Assembly (NCBI GenBank): GCA_024743275.1
Contig: JANSWW010000003.1
Span: forward strand, 156,521-220,520
Origin: Alphaproteobacteria bacterium
Lineage (GTDB): Bacteria > Pseudomonadota > Alphaproteobacteria > JANSWW01
Direction: 5' to 3'
DNA: 64,000 bases
The position numbers and the translations under genes were made by a program. The notes beneath the pieces were generated by a model, which saw only the letters and a list, made by a program, of their open reading frames with translations, was not told where the DNA came from and did not search any database. Within the stretch, counting starts at the first letter, position 1; every line of letters begins with the position of its first letter. Below are positions 9,253 through 17,728 of the stretch, piece after piece.

Positions 9253-10266
9253 ATGGGAATGCTTGAACGCGGGCAATGGGCCTTGGCAGCAGCGCTTGTC
9301 GCGTTGGCCGGTGCCGTCCTCTTTTTCGCCCTGGAACTTGCGGCCGTGCGCAAGGTGGCGCCCGAGTTCATGACCCAATTGAAGGCGACCGCGGAAGCGG
9401 TGGAGCCGGTGGCGGCGGAGATCGGTCGGGCAACCGGCACCGTTCCGGACATCCTTGCCGAATCCGAGGCCATCCGGGCGGCCCTCCCGCCGATCCTCGA
9501 TGAGATCGCCGCCGCCCGCGCCGCCGTCGACAAGGCATTGGCGGAAAGTGCGGCGGTGCGGGCGGCGATGCCGGATCTTTTGGCCGAAAGCACGGCGCTG
9601 CGCGAAACCGTCCCGGGTATTCTGACCGAGGTGGCGGAGGCCCGCGCCGCCCTTGACCGGGCCGTGTCGGAAATGGCGGAGGCCCGGCAAACTCTTCCAG
9701 ATTTGCTTGCCAGCGTCGATGCGACGGCGGTCGCCCTCGACAAGGCGGCGCTGGAAATCGAGGCGGTCCGTCCTCTTATCCCCGAGGTGCTCGATGAGGC
9801 CGTAGCGATCCGCAACCGCATCGATCCCACCTTAGACCGCCTGGATGCCGTGGTCGCGAATGCCAGGAGCGCCGGCCAGGAGGCCTCGGAGGGTGCCGTT
9901 TCCGGTCTGCTGACCGGCATCCTGAAAGCGCCCTTCTCGCTGTTCGGCGGTTTCGGTGGGGGCGACGATCTGCGCAGCCTCGCCGGAACGGAGATGCTGA
10001 CCCAGGACGATTTCGTTCTGGCGCGGGAGGCCTTCTGGGACCTGGACCTGGACCGGGCGGGTGACAGCGCGCTGTGGCGGAACCCGGAAACCGGCCTTGA
10101 GGGGAGCCTGACCGTGGTCGGGGCTGCGGACGATGTGGGGGAGGGATGCCGGCGCATCCGCAACATCGTTTCGCGGTCCGGCGAGCCCCTAACGGACAAG
10201 GTCTTGACCCTTTGTCCCGCGGAGGAGGGGCGCTGGGGGATCGTTGACCGATCGGGGCAGCGGTAA
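9253..10266 (+). CDS. Membrane-anchored helical-repeat protein with C-terminal RT0821-like domain
   Basis: N-terminal TM helix, nine 14-aa amphipathic repeats, and C-terminal WRNPETG..G...CRRI...LCP....W. Confidence 0.75.
   Translation: MGMLERGQWALAAALVALAGAVLFFALELAAVRKVAPEFMTQLKATAEAVEPVAAEIGRATGTVPDILAESEAIRAALPPILDEIAAARAAVDKALAESAAVRAAMPDLLAESTALRETVPGILTEVAEARAALDRAVSEMAEARQTLPDLLASVDATAVALDKAALEIEAVRPLIPEVLDEAVAIRNRIDPTLDRLDAVVANARSAGQEASEGAVSGLLTGILKAPFSLFGGFGGGDDLRSLAGTEMLTQDDFVLAREAFWDLDLDRAGDSALWRNPETGLEGSLTVVGAADDVGEGCRRIRNIVSRSGEPLTDKVLTLCPAEEGRWGIVDRSGQR
9451..9828 (+). repeat. Nine degenerate 42-nt (14-aa) repeats
   Basis: ILAESEAIRAALPP / ILDEIAAARAAVDK / ALAESAAVRAAMPD / LLAESTALRETVPG / ILTEVAEARAALDR / AVSEMAEARQTLPD / LLASVDATAVALDK / AALEIEAVRPLIPE / VLDEAVAIRNRIDP. 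Confidence 0.8.
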
Positions 10267-10297
10267 CGGCGGCGATACGATAGCGCGCTATCCGTCG

Positions 10298-11326
10298 CTA
10301 GCCTTGCTGTGCCACCCCGCCGCGGTTGACGGTATAGGCGATGAGGTCCGCCATCAGCCCTCTGACCGGCGTCTCGGGGACGGTTTCCAGGCATTCCGCC
10401 CCCTCGCGGGCATAGCGCCGAGCATCGCCATAGGTCTCGAAGAAGCTTGCGGACCCGATCACCTCCTCGATGGCCTTGGCGATCGCGGCCTCCCCGTCCA
10501 ACTCGCCGCGTATGACGCGTGCGATGTGGCTTTCCGGGCCCCGTTCCTCCATCGCCTTGATGATCGGCAGAGTGAGCCGCCGCATCCGCACATCGGCCCC
10601 CGGTTCCTTGCCCTCGCTGACGCTGTTGACCGTGAAATCGGCGAGGTCGTCCATGATTTGAAAGGCGCGGCCGAGCAGCCGGCCATAGCGGCCCAGCCTC
10701 ATGACATGCCGCTTGCGGCCCCGCATCAGGGCCGCGCCGGATTCGCAGGCGAGTTGAAAGAGGACCGATGTCTTGCGGTCGATGGTCTTGATATAGCGGT
10801 TCTTGAGCCGTGTCGGGGACCAGGTCGGATCGGTGGTCAGTTCGTCGATCTCGCCGCAGCAGATGCGCGATCCGGCGTCCAACACCATTTCGACCAGGTA
10901 CATGTCCTCCTGGGCATCGATGGCGCCGGCGAAGCACTTCACGGCGTTGACGAATTGCAGATCGCCGACCAGCAGGGCGATGTCCGGACCCCGTGCGGCG
11001 TTGACCGACGGCAGGCCCCGGCGCTTCGGGGCCCGGTCGACGATGTCGTCGTGGATCAGGGTCGCGACATGGAGCATCTCCAGCGAGGCGGCCGCCTTGT
11101 AGACCCTGCTCGGCATCGGCTCGGTTGCCGGCAGCGTCGAGACGGCCCGTGCGGCCATCAGCAACAGCAGCGGCCTTAGTTTCTTGCCGCGATTGTAAAG
11201 CTCGTATTCGACATCCGAGAGATAGTCCCGCATCGGTTCGATGGCCGCCGTCAGCGCCGCCCTGAACAGGGTCAGGTCGTCGGCGAGCAGGACATGGGCG
11301 TCGTCCAGCGGGCTCGGCTTATTCAT
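10298..11326 (-). CDS. trans-polyprenyl diphosphate synthase (long-chain type)
   Basis: GKKLRP, first Asp-rich motif HVATLIHDDIVD...RRG, KT, second Asp-rich motif AFQIMDDLAD, GK..G.D. Overlaps the upstream gene by 8 nt (ATGAATAA). Confidence 0.92.
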   Translation of the reverse strand: MNKPSPLDDAHVLLADDLTLFRAALTAAIEPMRDYLSDVEYELYNRGKKLRPLLLLMAARAVSTLPATEPMPSRVYKAAASLEMLHVATLIHDDIVDRAPKRRGLPSVNAARGPDIALLVGDLQFVNAVKCFAGAIDAQEDMYLVEMVLDAGSRICCGEIDELTTDPTWSPTRLKNRYIKTIDRKTSVLFQLACESGAALMRGRKRHVMRLGRYGRLLGRAFQIMDDLADFTVNSVSEGKEPGADVRMRRLTLPIIKAMEERGPESHIARVIRGELDGEAAIAKAIEEVIGSASFFETYGDARRYAREGAECLETVPETPVRGLMADLIAYTVNRGGVAQQG

Positions 11327-14300
11327 TCTTGAGGCTGTCCATCAGCGCTTCCCGGGACAGGCGTCGGTAGCGGCTCAGCACCGGAATCGCGACCCGTATC
11401 TGCTCGCGCAGGCCCGGACTCGCCCGATGGGCGACGGCGATAAGCGCCAGGATGCTCGTCTGCAGGACCAATTGCAGGTCGCGCCCGCCCTCCGGCGACC
11501 GTTCCAGGGCTGCGAGCCGCGCCCGTATGGTCGGATGATGGGCGAGCAGGCGCCAGATCTCGTCGCCATAGCCGTAGCGAAGATAGAGCAGTTGCCGGCC
11601 TTCCTCGGTCCCGGTCAGCATGAACCGCATGTCCCGGAGTGAGGGGTGGTCGGCCCCGGTTTCAGAGGCCGCCGCATTAGCCGAGGCCATGGCGCAATCC
11701 TGCACCAGGTCCTCGACGATGGTGACCGCCTCGTCATAGGTCTTGTGGAAGAAGCTCGTGAGCGCGCTGACGATCTGATCGAATTCGGCGCCGATATCCT
11801 TCAGATACTGGGCCGCGTCCTCGGCGCCCGTCTCGAAGTAGTTGGCAAGCGCGTTGGCGACATTGTCGATGTCGTCGGCAAGCTCGCCCAGGGCGTTCTT
11901 GATCGCGTCGATCCACTTCGAGACATCGCTCAGGATGTCCGCGAATACCTTCTTCACGTTGTTCTCGAGCCAGGAGAGGATCGCCGAGCCGAGCTTCGAG
12001 AGGTCGCTGGCGATATCGCCCAGGTCCAGGGTGAAGTGCAGATCGAACTTCGGCAGGCCGCCCCACTCGAAGGTGAGATGCATGGAAAGCGACACGTCGC
12101 TGCCGACGGTGATGGAGGCCCCGAGATCGGCTTTCGGTCCGTCGATATGGACTTTCGGGATCAGCGTGATGCCATCGACCTTCAATGGCCCCAGGGTGAC
12201 GTCAAGGTTGAAGTCGATATCGGCGCCGGCGGTGAAGTTCTTGTCGTCGATCAGGTGGCAGTTGAGGGTGTAGCCGTAGATGTCGAGGAACTTGGTCTCG
12301 ATGTCGAAGTCGAAGCTGGATTTGGCCGCCTTGGCGTTGACCGATTCGGTCAGGCCCAGAACCTCGACCTTGCCGTCCAGGGTGAAATAGGGCGGCGACC
12401 CGTCGGCCGCCCAGCTTTCGAGCGTCAGAAGCGGGGTGCCGTTGGCCAACGCAATGCGGTTGGCCCGCTGGAGGGCCGCCAGTTGGGTTGTGTCGATGGA
12501 CCCGCTCGGCCCCTTGCTGGCGTCGTCCGCCGCAGACAGGGTGAAGACGTCGAGCAGGGTGATCGGCTTGCTGATGCTGCCGCTGGCGATGATCCCCTTG
12601 GAGAACTCGACCTCGATGTTGAAGTCCGCCTCCCAGGAGAAGATATCGATGTCGGCGATGATCCCGATACCTTGCGGAAAGGTGGCGCTCTTGCCGTCGG
12701 TGGTGACCGTGGCGCCGGCCGGATCGGCGACGACCCAGAACGCGATTTCCTTGAAGCCGATATCGTCGAGGATCGGCACGTCGCTGAGATCGAGATCGGT
12801 GAAGGTGGAGATCAGATCGCCGAGGGTCAGCTCCTGCCCCTGGCCGTCCTTGAGTTCGAACAGGAAGAAATCCGGCTCCTCGAAGTCGACGATGCTGCCG
12901 GCGATTTCGAAGATGATCGAATCTCCGTTGTGGCCGACCTCGAACTGGCCCTCCAGCATAATGGTCAGCCCGATCTCGTCGACCGTGATGCCGAGTCCGA
13001 AGGAATCGATCGTCAGGCCGGTGATGCCGAACGGGTCTTTCCAATGCTCGATCTGGATGGTCACGGTCAGTTTCGGCGCAGGTCCGACGGTGATCGTGCC
13101 GTCGCCCTCGAGCCCGATGCTCTCACCATGGACGTTGAGGGTCGCCTGAATGTCGATGGTGGCGGTGATCGGCGGCCCTTCCTGGATGGTTAGGCCGAGC
13201 TCCTTGAAGGCGAGCGCGTTGGTCGACGGGCTGCCGGGCAGGGTCGCCTTGAATTCGGACTTCGACGGATCGCCCTCGTCGATGACCAGCAGAAGGTCCA
13301 GCTTGATGTCGTCGTTGAACAGCTTCGAGACCGGGCCGACGATGTCGCCGGTGAGCTCCAGGGAGGCGAAGAAGGTGAACCCCTCGTCGACGCTGGCCGG
13401 CAGGGCCGGCAGTTTGATGTCCGGCAGATTGACGCTGTTGCTGCCCTTCATGGTCGAGACGATGACGCCTTCGTCGTCGATGGTGATGTCGTTCAGGATC
13501 CCGTTCAGTCCCGACCAGAGGTCGCCCGGCGACCACTTCTCCGTCACCACCAGGCCGGTGATGACGCCATAGGTTCCCTGGGCCTTGCGGAGATCGAAAT
13601 AGGCCGCGCCCACGGTGGTTTCGTTGACCGCGGCGGAGCCCGAGAAGGAGAACTCGTAAAGCTCGCTGGTCGTGTTCAGCGTGATCGCCACATCGATGTT
13701 GTCGAAGGTGACGGTCACGCCGCTGATGATCTGGGTATGGGTGATTTCCTGGGCGAGCTTGCCGAGGTCCAGCTTTTCGATGTTGCCCTTGAGCTGGAAG
13801 TCGCCCGGGAGGGTCCAACGCGTCGAGAAGGTGGCGTCCCCCGCACCGCCACCGAGATCCAGATCGCCGTTCGCCCCGATCGTGCCGCTGGTCTTCGACG
13901 ATTCGTAGTCGAGCGACAGGTAGGCCTCGGTCAGGGTGAGGGTCGTGAACCCGATCGGGACCGACCAGTCGCCGGTGAGGCCGGTGGTGAGCTGAAAGCT
14001 CTTCGGATCCGTCTGTCCGCCGAAATTCAGTTCGTTGAGGACAAGCGTCGTCCCGTCGAGGCCGAAGGAGGGAATGAAGTTTTGGACGAACGGCACCAGG
14101 TCGATCGTCGTCCCCTCGACCAGTCCGCCGGACACGCTGAACTTCGGGGCGGTGGCCGACAGGGCGATGTCGCCCCCGCCGACCTCGAACAGGCCGTCGA
14201 GTGTGGCGATGACCGAGGACTTCTCCACATTCACCGTGAAGACGATGTCGATCTGGTCGATGGTGATCTGGCTGTAGACCGGCCAGGGGGCGGTGGTGCC

Positions 14301-15260
14301 GAGATCGATCGCCACCGTGGTTATCTTCTTTGTCTTTGGCATCAACAGGAAGGTCAGGGACTTGAGCGCGAAGTTGCTGCCCGGATCGAACCCGTCCGAC
14401 GGCAAACTGCCGGCGAAATCGATGCCCGGCAGCATCGTGGCGAAATCGGAGAAGGCGACCTCGGAGAGCTGGGTCGTGTTGGCCGTGATCGGCACGCCGC
14501 CGGAGGGGGCGGTGATGTCCATCGTGATCGGAAGCTGCACCCCGGCCAGCGGGATCGTCGAAGCGAGATCGAGGGATGTCTTGGGGCTGTAATAGGGGGA
14601 CGCCGCCTGGCTGCCGCCACTTACCGAAAGCGGCTGAGGCGTCGTCAGGACCGGTTTGCAGGCCACGACCAAGTCGAGGGCGAGTTTGCCCAGCACCGGC
14701 AGGGTCTGTTCGGCCAAGGTCAGGGACAGGCTGAAATCCGGAACCGCATGGCTTTGGCCGATCGCCCCGGCCATCGAGGCGACGCCGTTGTCGCCAAGGA
14801 GCCACAGAATGGTCTGCCAGTCGTCGGACAGCGTGAGGTCGCCCTTGAAATTGAGCCCTTTCTTGAGGCTCCCCGCCGCGACGGAGGTGAGGGTGAGCGT
14901 GCCGTTGGCCACGGTGATCTTGCTGATCCAGAGATTCGCCAGGACCGGCCAGCCGGTGGCGAAGGTCCAGTCGGACGCCAGGGTGGCGGTCAGGGTCAGC
15001 ACGGTGTCCTGCCCTGACGGGCTGAAATCCGCATCGACGGTGAGGCCGGCGAGCGGGGCGCCGCTGCAGGTCGCGCCCTTGATCGTGACCGCCTCGCCGT
15101 CTTTGGTCAGGGTCACACCGGTGAGATCGAGTTGCCCATTCGCGAAATAGGTCGTGAGAACGTCCTGGATGCCGCCGCTGCCGAAAGCGTTGGCGGGCAA
15201 GGTCAGGGTCGTTCCCGAAAGATGGGTGTTCAGCGTGTCGTAGATGCTGGTCGAGGCCAT
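11319..15260 (-). CDS. 1313-aa hypothetical protein: long beta-rich body, amphipathic helices, CFI-box-CTERM-like tail
   Basis: GAGGAG RBS; long ORF with strong GC3 codon bias; T/S/G/D-rich alternating hydrophobic strands; no signal peptide. Confidence 0.88.
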   Translation of the reverse strand: MASTSIYDTLNTHLSGTTLTLPANAFGSGGIQDVLTTYFANGQLDLTGVTLTKDGEAVTIKGATCSGAPLAGLTVDADFSPSGQDTVLTLTATLASDWTFATGWPVLANLWISKITVANGTLTLTSVAAGSLKKGLNFKGDLTLSDDWQTILWLLGDNGVASMAGAIGQSHAVPDFSLSLTLAEQTLPVLGKLALDLVVACKPVLTTPQPLSVSGGSQAASPYYSPKTSLDLASTIPLAGVQLPITMDITAPSGGVPITANTTQLSEVAFSDFATMLPGIDFAGSLPSDGFDPGSNFALKSLTFLLMPKTKKITTVAIDLGTTAPWPVYSQITIDQIDIVFTVNVEKSSVIATLDGLFEVGGGDIALSATAPKFSVSGGLVEGTTIDLVPFVQNFIPSFGLDGTTLVLNELNFGGQTDPKSFQLTTGLTGDWSVPIGFTTLTLTEAYLSLDYESSKTSGTIGANGDLDLGGGAGDATFSTRWTLPGDFQLKGNIEKLDLGKLAQEITHTQIISGVTVTFDNIDVAITLNTTSELYEFSFSGSAAVNETTVGAAYFDLRKAQGTYGVITGLVVTEKWSPGDLWSGLNGILNDITIDDEGVIVSTMKGSNSVNLPDIKLPALPASVDEGFTFFASLELTGDIVGPVSKLFNDDIKLDLLLVIDEGDPSKSEFKATLPGSPSTNALAFKELGLTIQEGPPITATIDIQATLNVHGESIGLEGDGTITVGPAPKLTVTIQIEHWKDPFGITGLTIDSFGLGITVDEIGLTIMLEGQFEVGHNGDSIIFEIAGSIVDFEEPDFFLFELKDGQGQELTLGDLISTFTDLDLSDVPILDDIGFKEIAFWVVADPAGATVTTDGKSATFPQGIGIIADIDIFSWEADFNIEVEFSKGIIASGSISKPITLLDVFTLSAADDASKGPSGSIDTTQLAALQRANRIALANGTPLLTLESWAADGSPPYFTLDGKVEVLGLTESVNAKAAKSSFDFDIETKFLDIYGYTLNCHLIDDKNFTAGADIDFNLDVTLGPLKVDGITLIPKVHIDGPKADLGASITVGSDVSLSMHLTFEWGGLPKFDLHFTLDLGDIASDLSKLGSAILSWLENNVKKVFADILSDVSKWIDAIKNALGELADDIDNVANALANYFETGAEDAAQYLKDIGAEFDQIVSALTSFFHKTYDEAVTIVEDLVQDCAMASANAAASETGADHPSLRDMRFMLTGTEEGRQLLYLRYGYGDEIWRLLAHHPTIRARLAALERSPEGGRDLQLVLQTSILALIAVAHRASPGLREQIRVAIPVLSRYRRLSREALMDSLKNE

Positions 15261-15276
15261 GGTCCGGCTCCTCGTT

Positions 15277-16341
15277 CTAAAGATCGATCGAGAGATGGAG
15301 CGGGTAGTGGTCGCTGATGCCGTAGCGGACGATCAGCCAGGCCCATATCGCCTCGTCGAGACATTGATTGAGCGGGTCGGGGAAACAATCCGCGTTGGGG
15401 AAGGCCCGGTTGCCGTCGCCGTCGACGAGGTCGAAATTCTGAACGATGCCCCGGACCAGCGAATCGGAATCCATCACCTTGGCGACGAGATCGATCACCG
15501 TGCCCGCGGCGTTGTCGGGATTGATCGTCGAGGCGTAGAAGATGTTGTCGAGTTGCAAGTTGAGATAGGACGCCGCGTCCGTGGGCCAGGTGTCCGAGTT
15601 ATCGCCCCATTTCCTCCGGCCGTCCTGGAGCGACACGATATGGGTGTCGTCGGTCGTCATCGCGGTCGTGCCGGCGCCGTGCTGATCGTCGGCCGGGGGC
15701 GCCGGCGGGTTCTCGGCCGCGTCAGTCAGCCATTGATAGGGGCCGGTCTCGCTGTTGACGTCGAGATTGTAGTCTCCGCACAGCAGCCGCTCGTAGACGG
15801 CCTGGTTCGCGCCCGCATTGTCCACCGCATAGATTTCCGGCGTCATCGCCAGGCTTTGCAGGCCGTTGCGGGCAAAGGTGTTCGGCGGGGCGTGATAGAC
15901 CGACACGGCGAAATTGTTGTTGGTGTCCGTTGTGCGGAACCCCATGACCGCCGCGCGGCGGCCGTTGCTGTTGAACCAGTTACAGGGGAACTCGACGGTG
16001 GACAGGCCCGCGTTGAGATTGTTGTGGCCATCGAGAACCGGGGCGAAGGCGCCGCCGGTCCGGTAGATGATGCCATAGCTCTCCCGGTCGCCCTGGGGAC
16101 GGGCCTGGACGACATAGTATCGCCAGTCCTCCTCGGTGTATTCGGCCAGGGCCTCGCAGACGCTGTAGCAGACCGCCTCGGCGGTGGAACTGCTCAACTC
16201 CATCAGCGCCAGGATGTCGGCCCCCGCCTGCACGCCGACGATGGCGATCAGACGGACGAGCCGGTAATTGTTGACCGAGTTCCCGTATTTCTGTGGTCCG
16301 AAGACCTCGATGTTCCAGGAGAGGATGTTGATCGTCGCCAT
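15277..16341 (-). CDS. Exonuclease/endonuclease/phosphatase (EEP) family protein
   Basis: ILSWNIE, DILALMEL, VYHAP, LCGDYN, LDNIF and ISDHYPL make up the full DNase I-like catalytic set. Confidence 0.88.
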   Translation of the reverse strand: MATINILSWNIEVFGPQKYGNSVNNYRLVRLIAIVGVQAGADILALMELSSSTAEAVCYSVCEALAEYTEEDWRYYVVQARPQGDRESYGIIYRTGGAFAPVLDGHNNLNAGLSTVEFPCNWFNSNGRRAAVMGFRTTDTNNNFAVSVYHAPPNTFARNGLQSLAMTPEIYAVDNAGANQAVYERLLCGDYNLDVNSETGPYQWLTDAAENPPAPPADDQHGAGTTAMTTDDTHIVSLQDGRRKWGDNSDTWPTDAASYLNLQLDNIFYASTINPDNAAGTVIDLVAKVMDSDSLVRGIVQNFDLVDGDGNRAFPNADCFPDPLNQCLDEAIWAWLIVRYGISDHYPLHLSIDL

Positions 16342-16359
16342 CGGCCCGTCCCCCGCGGC

Positions 16360-17661
16360 TCAGCTCGAGATCGTGACGTTGCCGACCACGCCGAGATAAC
16401 CGCCGACATTGGTCTTTCCGAGACCGGTCGGCGTCATGGTGATGTTCTTGCCGTCGATCGAGACCGTCGCCGTCGGGATGTCGAAGCTGTCGACGTTGAT
16501 GCCCTTGAGGAAGCCGGTGACCAGCGGGGTCAGGCTGGTGACCACGCCGTCGATGATGGCGGAGATCAGCCAGCCCACGACCTTGGCCGGGATCGAGCCC
16601 GTGGGGCTGACGACGATGGTGAACGGATTGACGCTGGCGGTGACCAGATTGACCTTGCTGCCGCTGATCTGCAGGTCGATGACGACCGACGGATCGGGGG
16701 TGGCGTGGGCGTTGAAGCCGAGCCCGATCGGCACGAACACGATCTTCACCCCGGCGGAGACGTCCCCGTTCAAGGTGAAGGTCCCGGCGACATCCGTGCC
16801 CTGGATCGATGTGTGGGGGTTGGTGAGCGACAGCCCGTAGCCCCAATGATAGCCGGCCCAGTCGTCGCCGCCACTGCCGTGATCGCTGAACTTGTTGGTC
16901 GCCGAGGCGAGCGCGACCTCGACCTGGGCCTGGATCATGTTCGGCCCCAGCAGGGCGAAGAAGTTGTCCGACGGCCAGGGGAAGGTGCCGTCCGGCGGCG
17001 GCGGCGTGCCGGCGGCGGCGAGGTTGCTCGCCAGAATGACGGAATCATTGACGATCCCGACCGACGGGGTGGCGATCGAGACGCTGCCGACCGAGATCGG
17101 CGGCAGATCGGTGCTGGAGAAGATGCTCTGCAGGGCGGTCTTCAAGGCCGGGTCGACCACATGGGTCACCAGATATTGCTGCACCGGATCCTGCTGCGGC
17201 GCGGCGCTGACCGACATAACGGTGAAGGTCAGCTTGTCGCCGGAGATTTCGGCCGTGCACTGCGCGGAAAACGGCAGTTTGAGCGTGGTCGTCGGCGCCC
17301 CTTTGGAGGACAGGGTGATATCGACCTCGGAGAAGCTCACCGTGAAGCTGGGCGTTTCCGCCGCCAGAAGCGGGATCGCCCGCTTCAATTCGACCGCCTT
17401 CGGATCGTCCGCCGACATCGGCATGGCGAGCGAGTCGTTGAGCCGGTCGGTCAAAAGGTCGGTGACCGCGTCGGCGGAGGCGGGTTTGGAGAGATCGAAG
17501 GTCGGCGCCGCTTTGACGTCCCAGGCGACCGTGTAGTCCACGCTCTTATAGGACGAGTCCTGCGTGCCTTTGAACGGACCCGGATAGATCGCGGCGTAGA
17601 CCGCCTTGCTGCCCGCGTCGAGCTGGGCCTGATTGATGCCGAGGGCGATATCGAAAGACAT
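16360..17661 (-). CDS. Hypothetical protein, putative two-domain BPI/P47-like (TULIP) fold
   Basis: GGGGGAG RBS; two similar halves, each with strand-helix start, beta meander, long amphipathic helix and a (L/I)P...hairpin end. The fold call is inference. Confidence 0.8.
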   Translation of the reverse strand: MSFDIALGINQAQLDAGSKAVYAAIYPGPFKGTQDSSYKSVDYTVAWDVKAAPTFDLSKPASADAVTDLLTDRLNDSLAMPMSADDPKAVELKRAIPLLAAETPSFTVSFSEVDITLSSKGAPTTTLKLPFSAQCTAEISGDKLTFTVMSVSAAPQQDPVQQYLVTHVVDPALKTALQSIFSSTDLPPISVGSVSIATPSVGIVNDSVILASNLAAAGTPPPPDGTFPWPSDNFFALLGPNMIQAQVEVALASATNKFSDHGSGGDDWAGYHWGYGLSLTNPHTSIQGTDVAGTFTLNGDVSAGVKIVFVPIGLGFNAHATPDPSVVIDLQISGSKVNLVTASVNPFTIVVSPTGSIPAKVVGWLISAIIDGVVTSLTPLVTGFLKGINVDSFDIPTATVSIDGKNITMTPTGLGKTNVGGYLGVVGNVTISS

Positions 17662-17728
17662 GACTGTTGCTCCCCCTGGCGCCGGGGCGCCCGGCGCGAT
17701 GGTTGATGGATGGACGCCCGGCGGCGGG

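Noticed and set aside
9147-10937. 596-aa minus-strand ORF
   Set aside because: Arg/Ser/Ala-rich off-frame read overlapping two better-supported genes.
15244-17706. 820-aa plus-strand ORF (also 11646-13193 and 13737-15017)
   Set aside because: Antisense to RBS-supported operon genes; the R/G/V/D-rich composition is typical of GC3-driven shadow frames.
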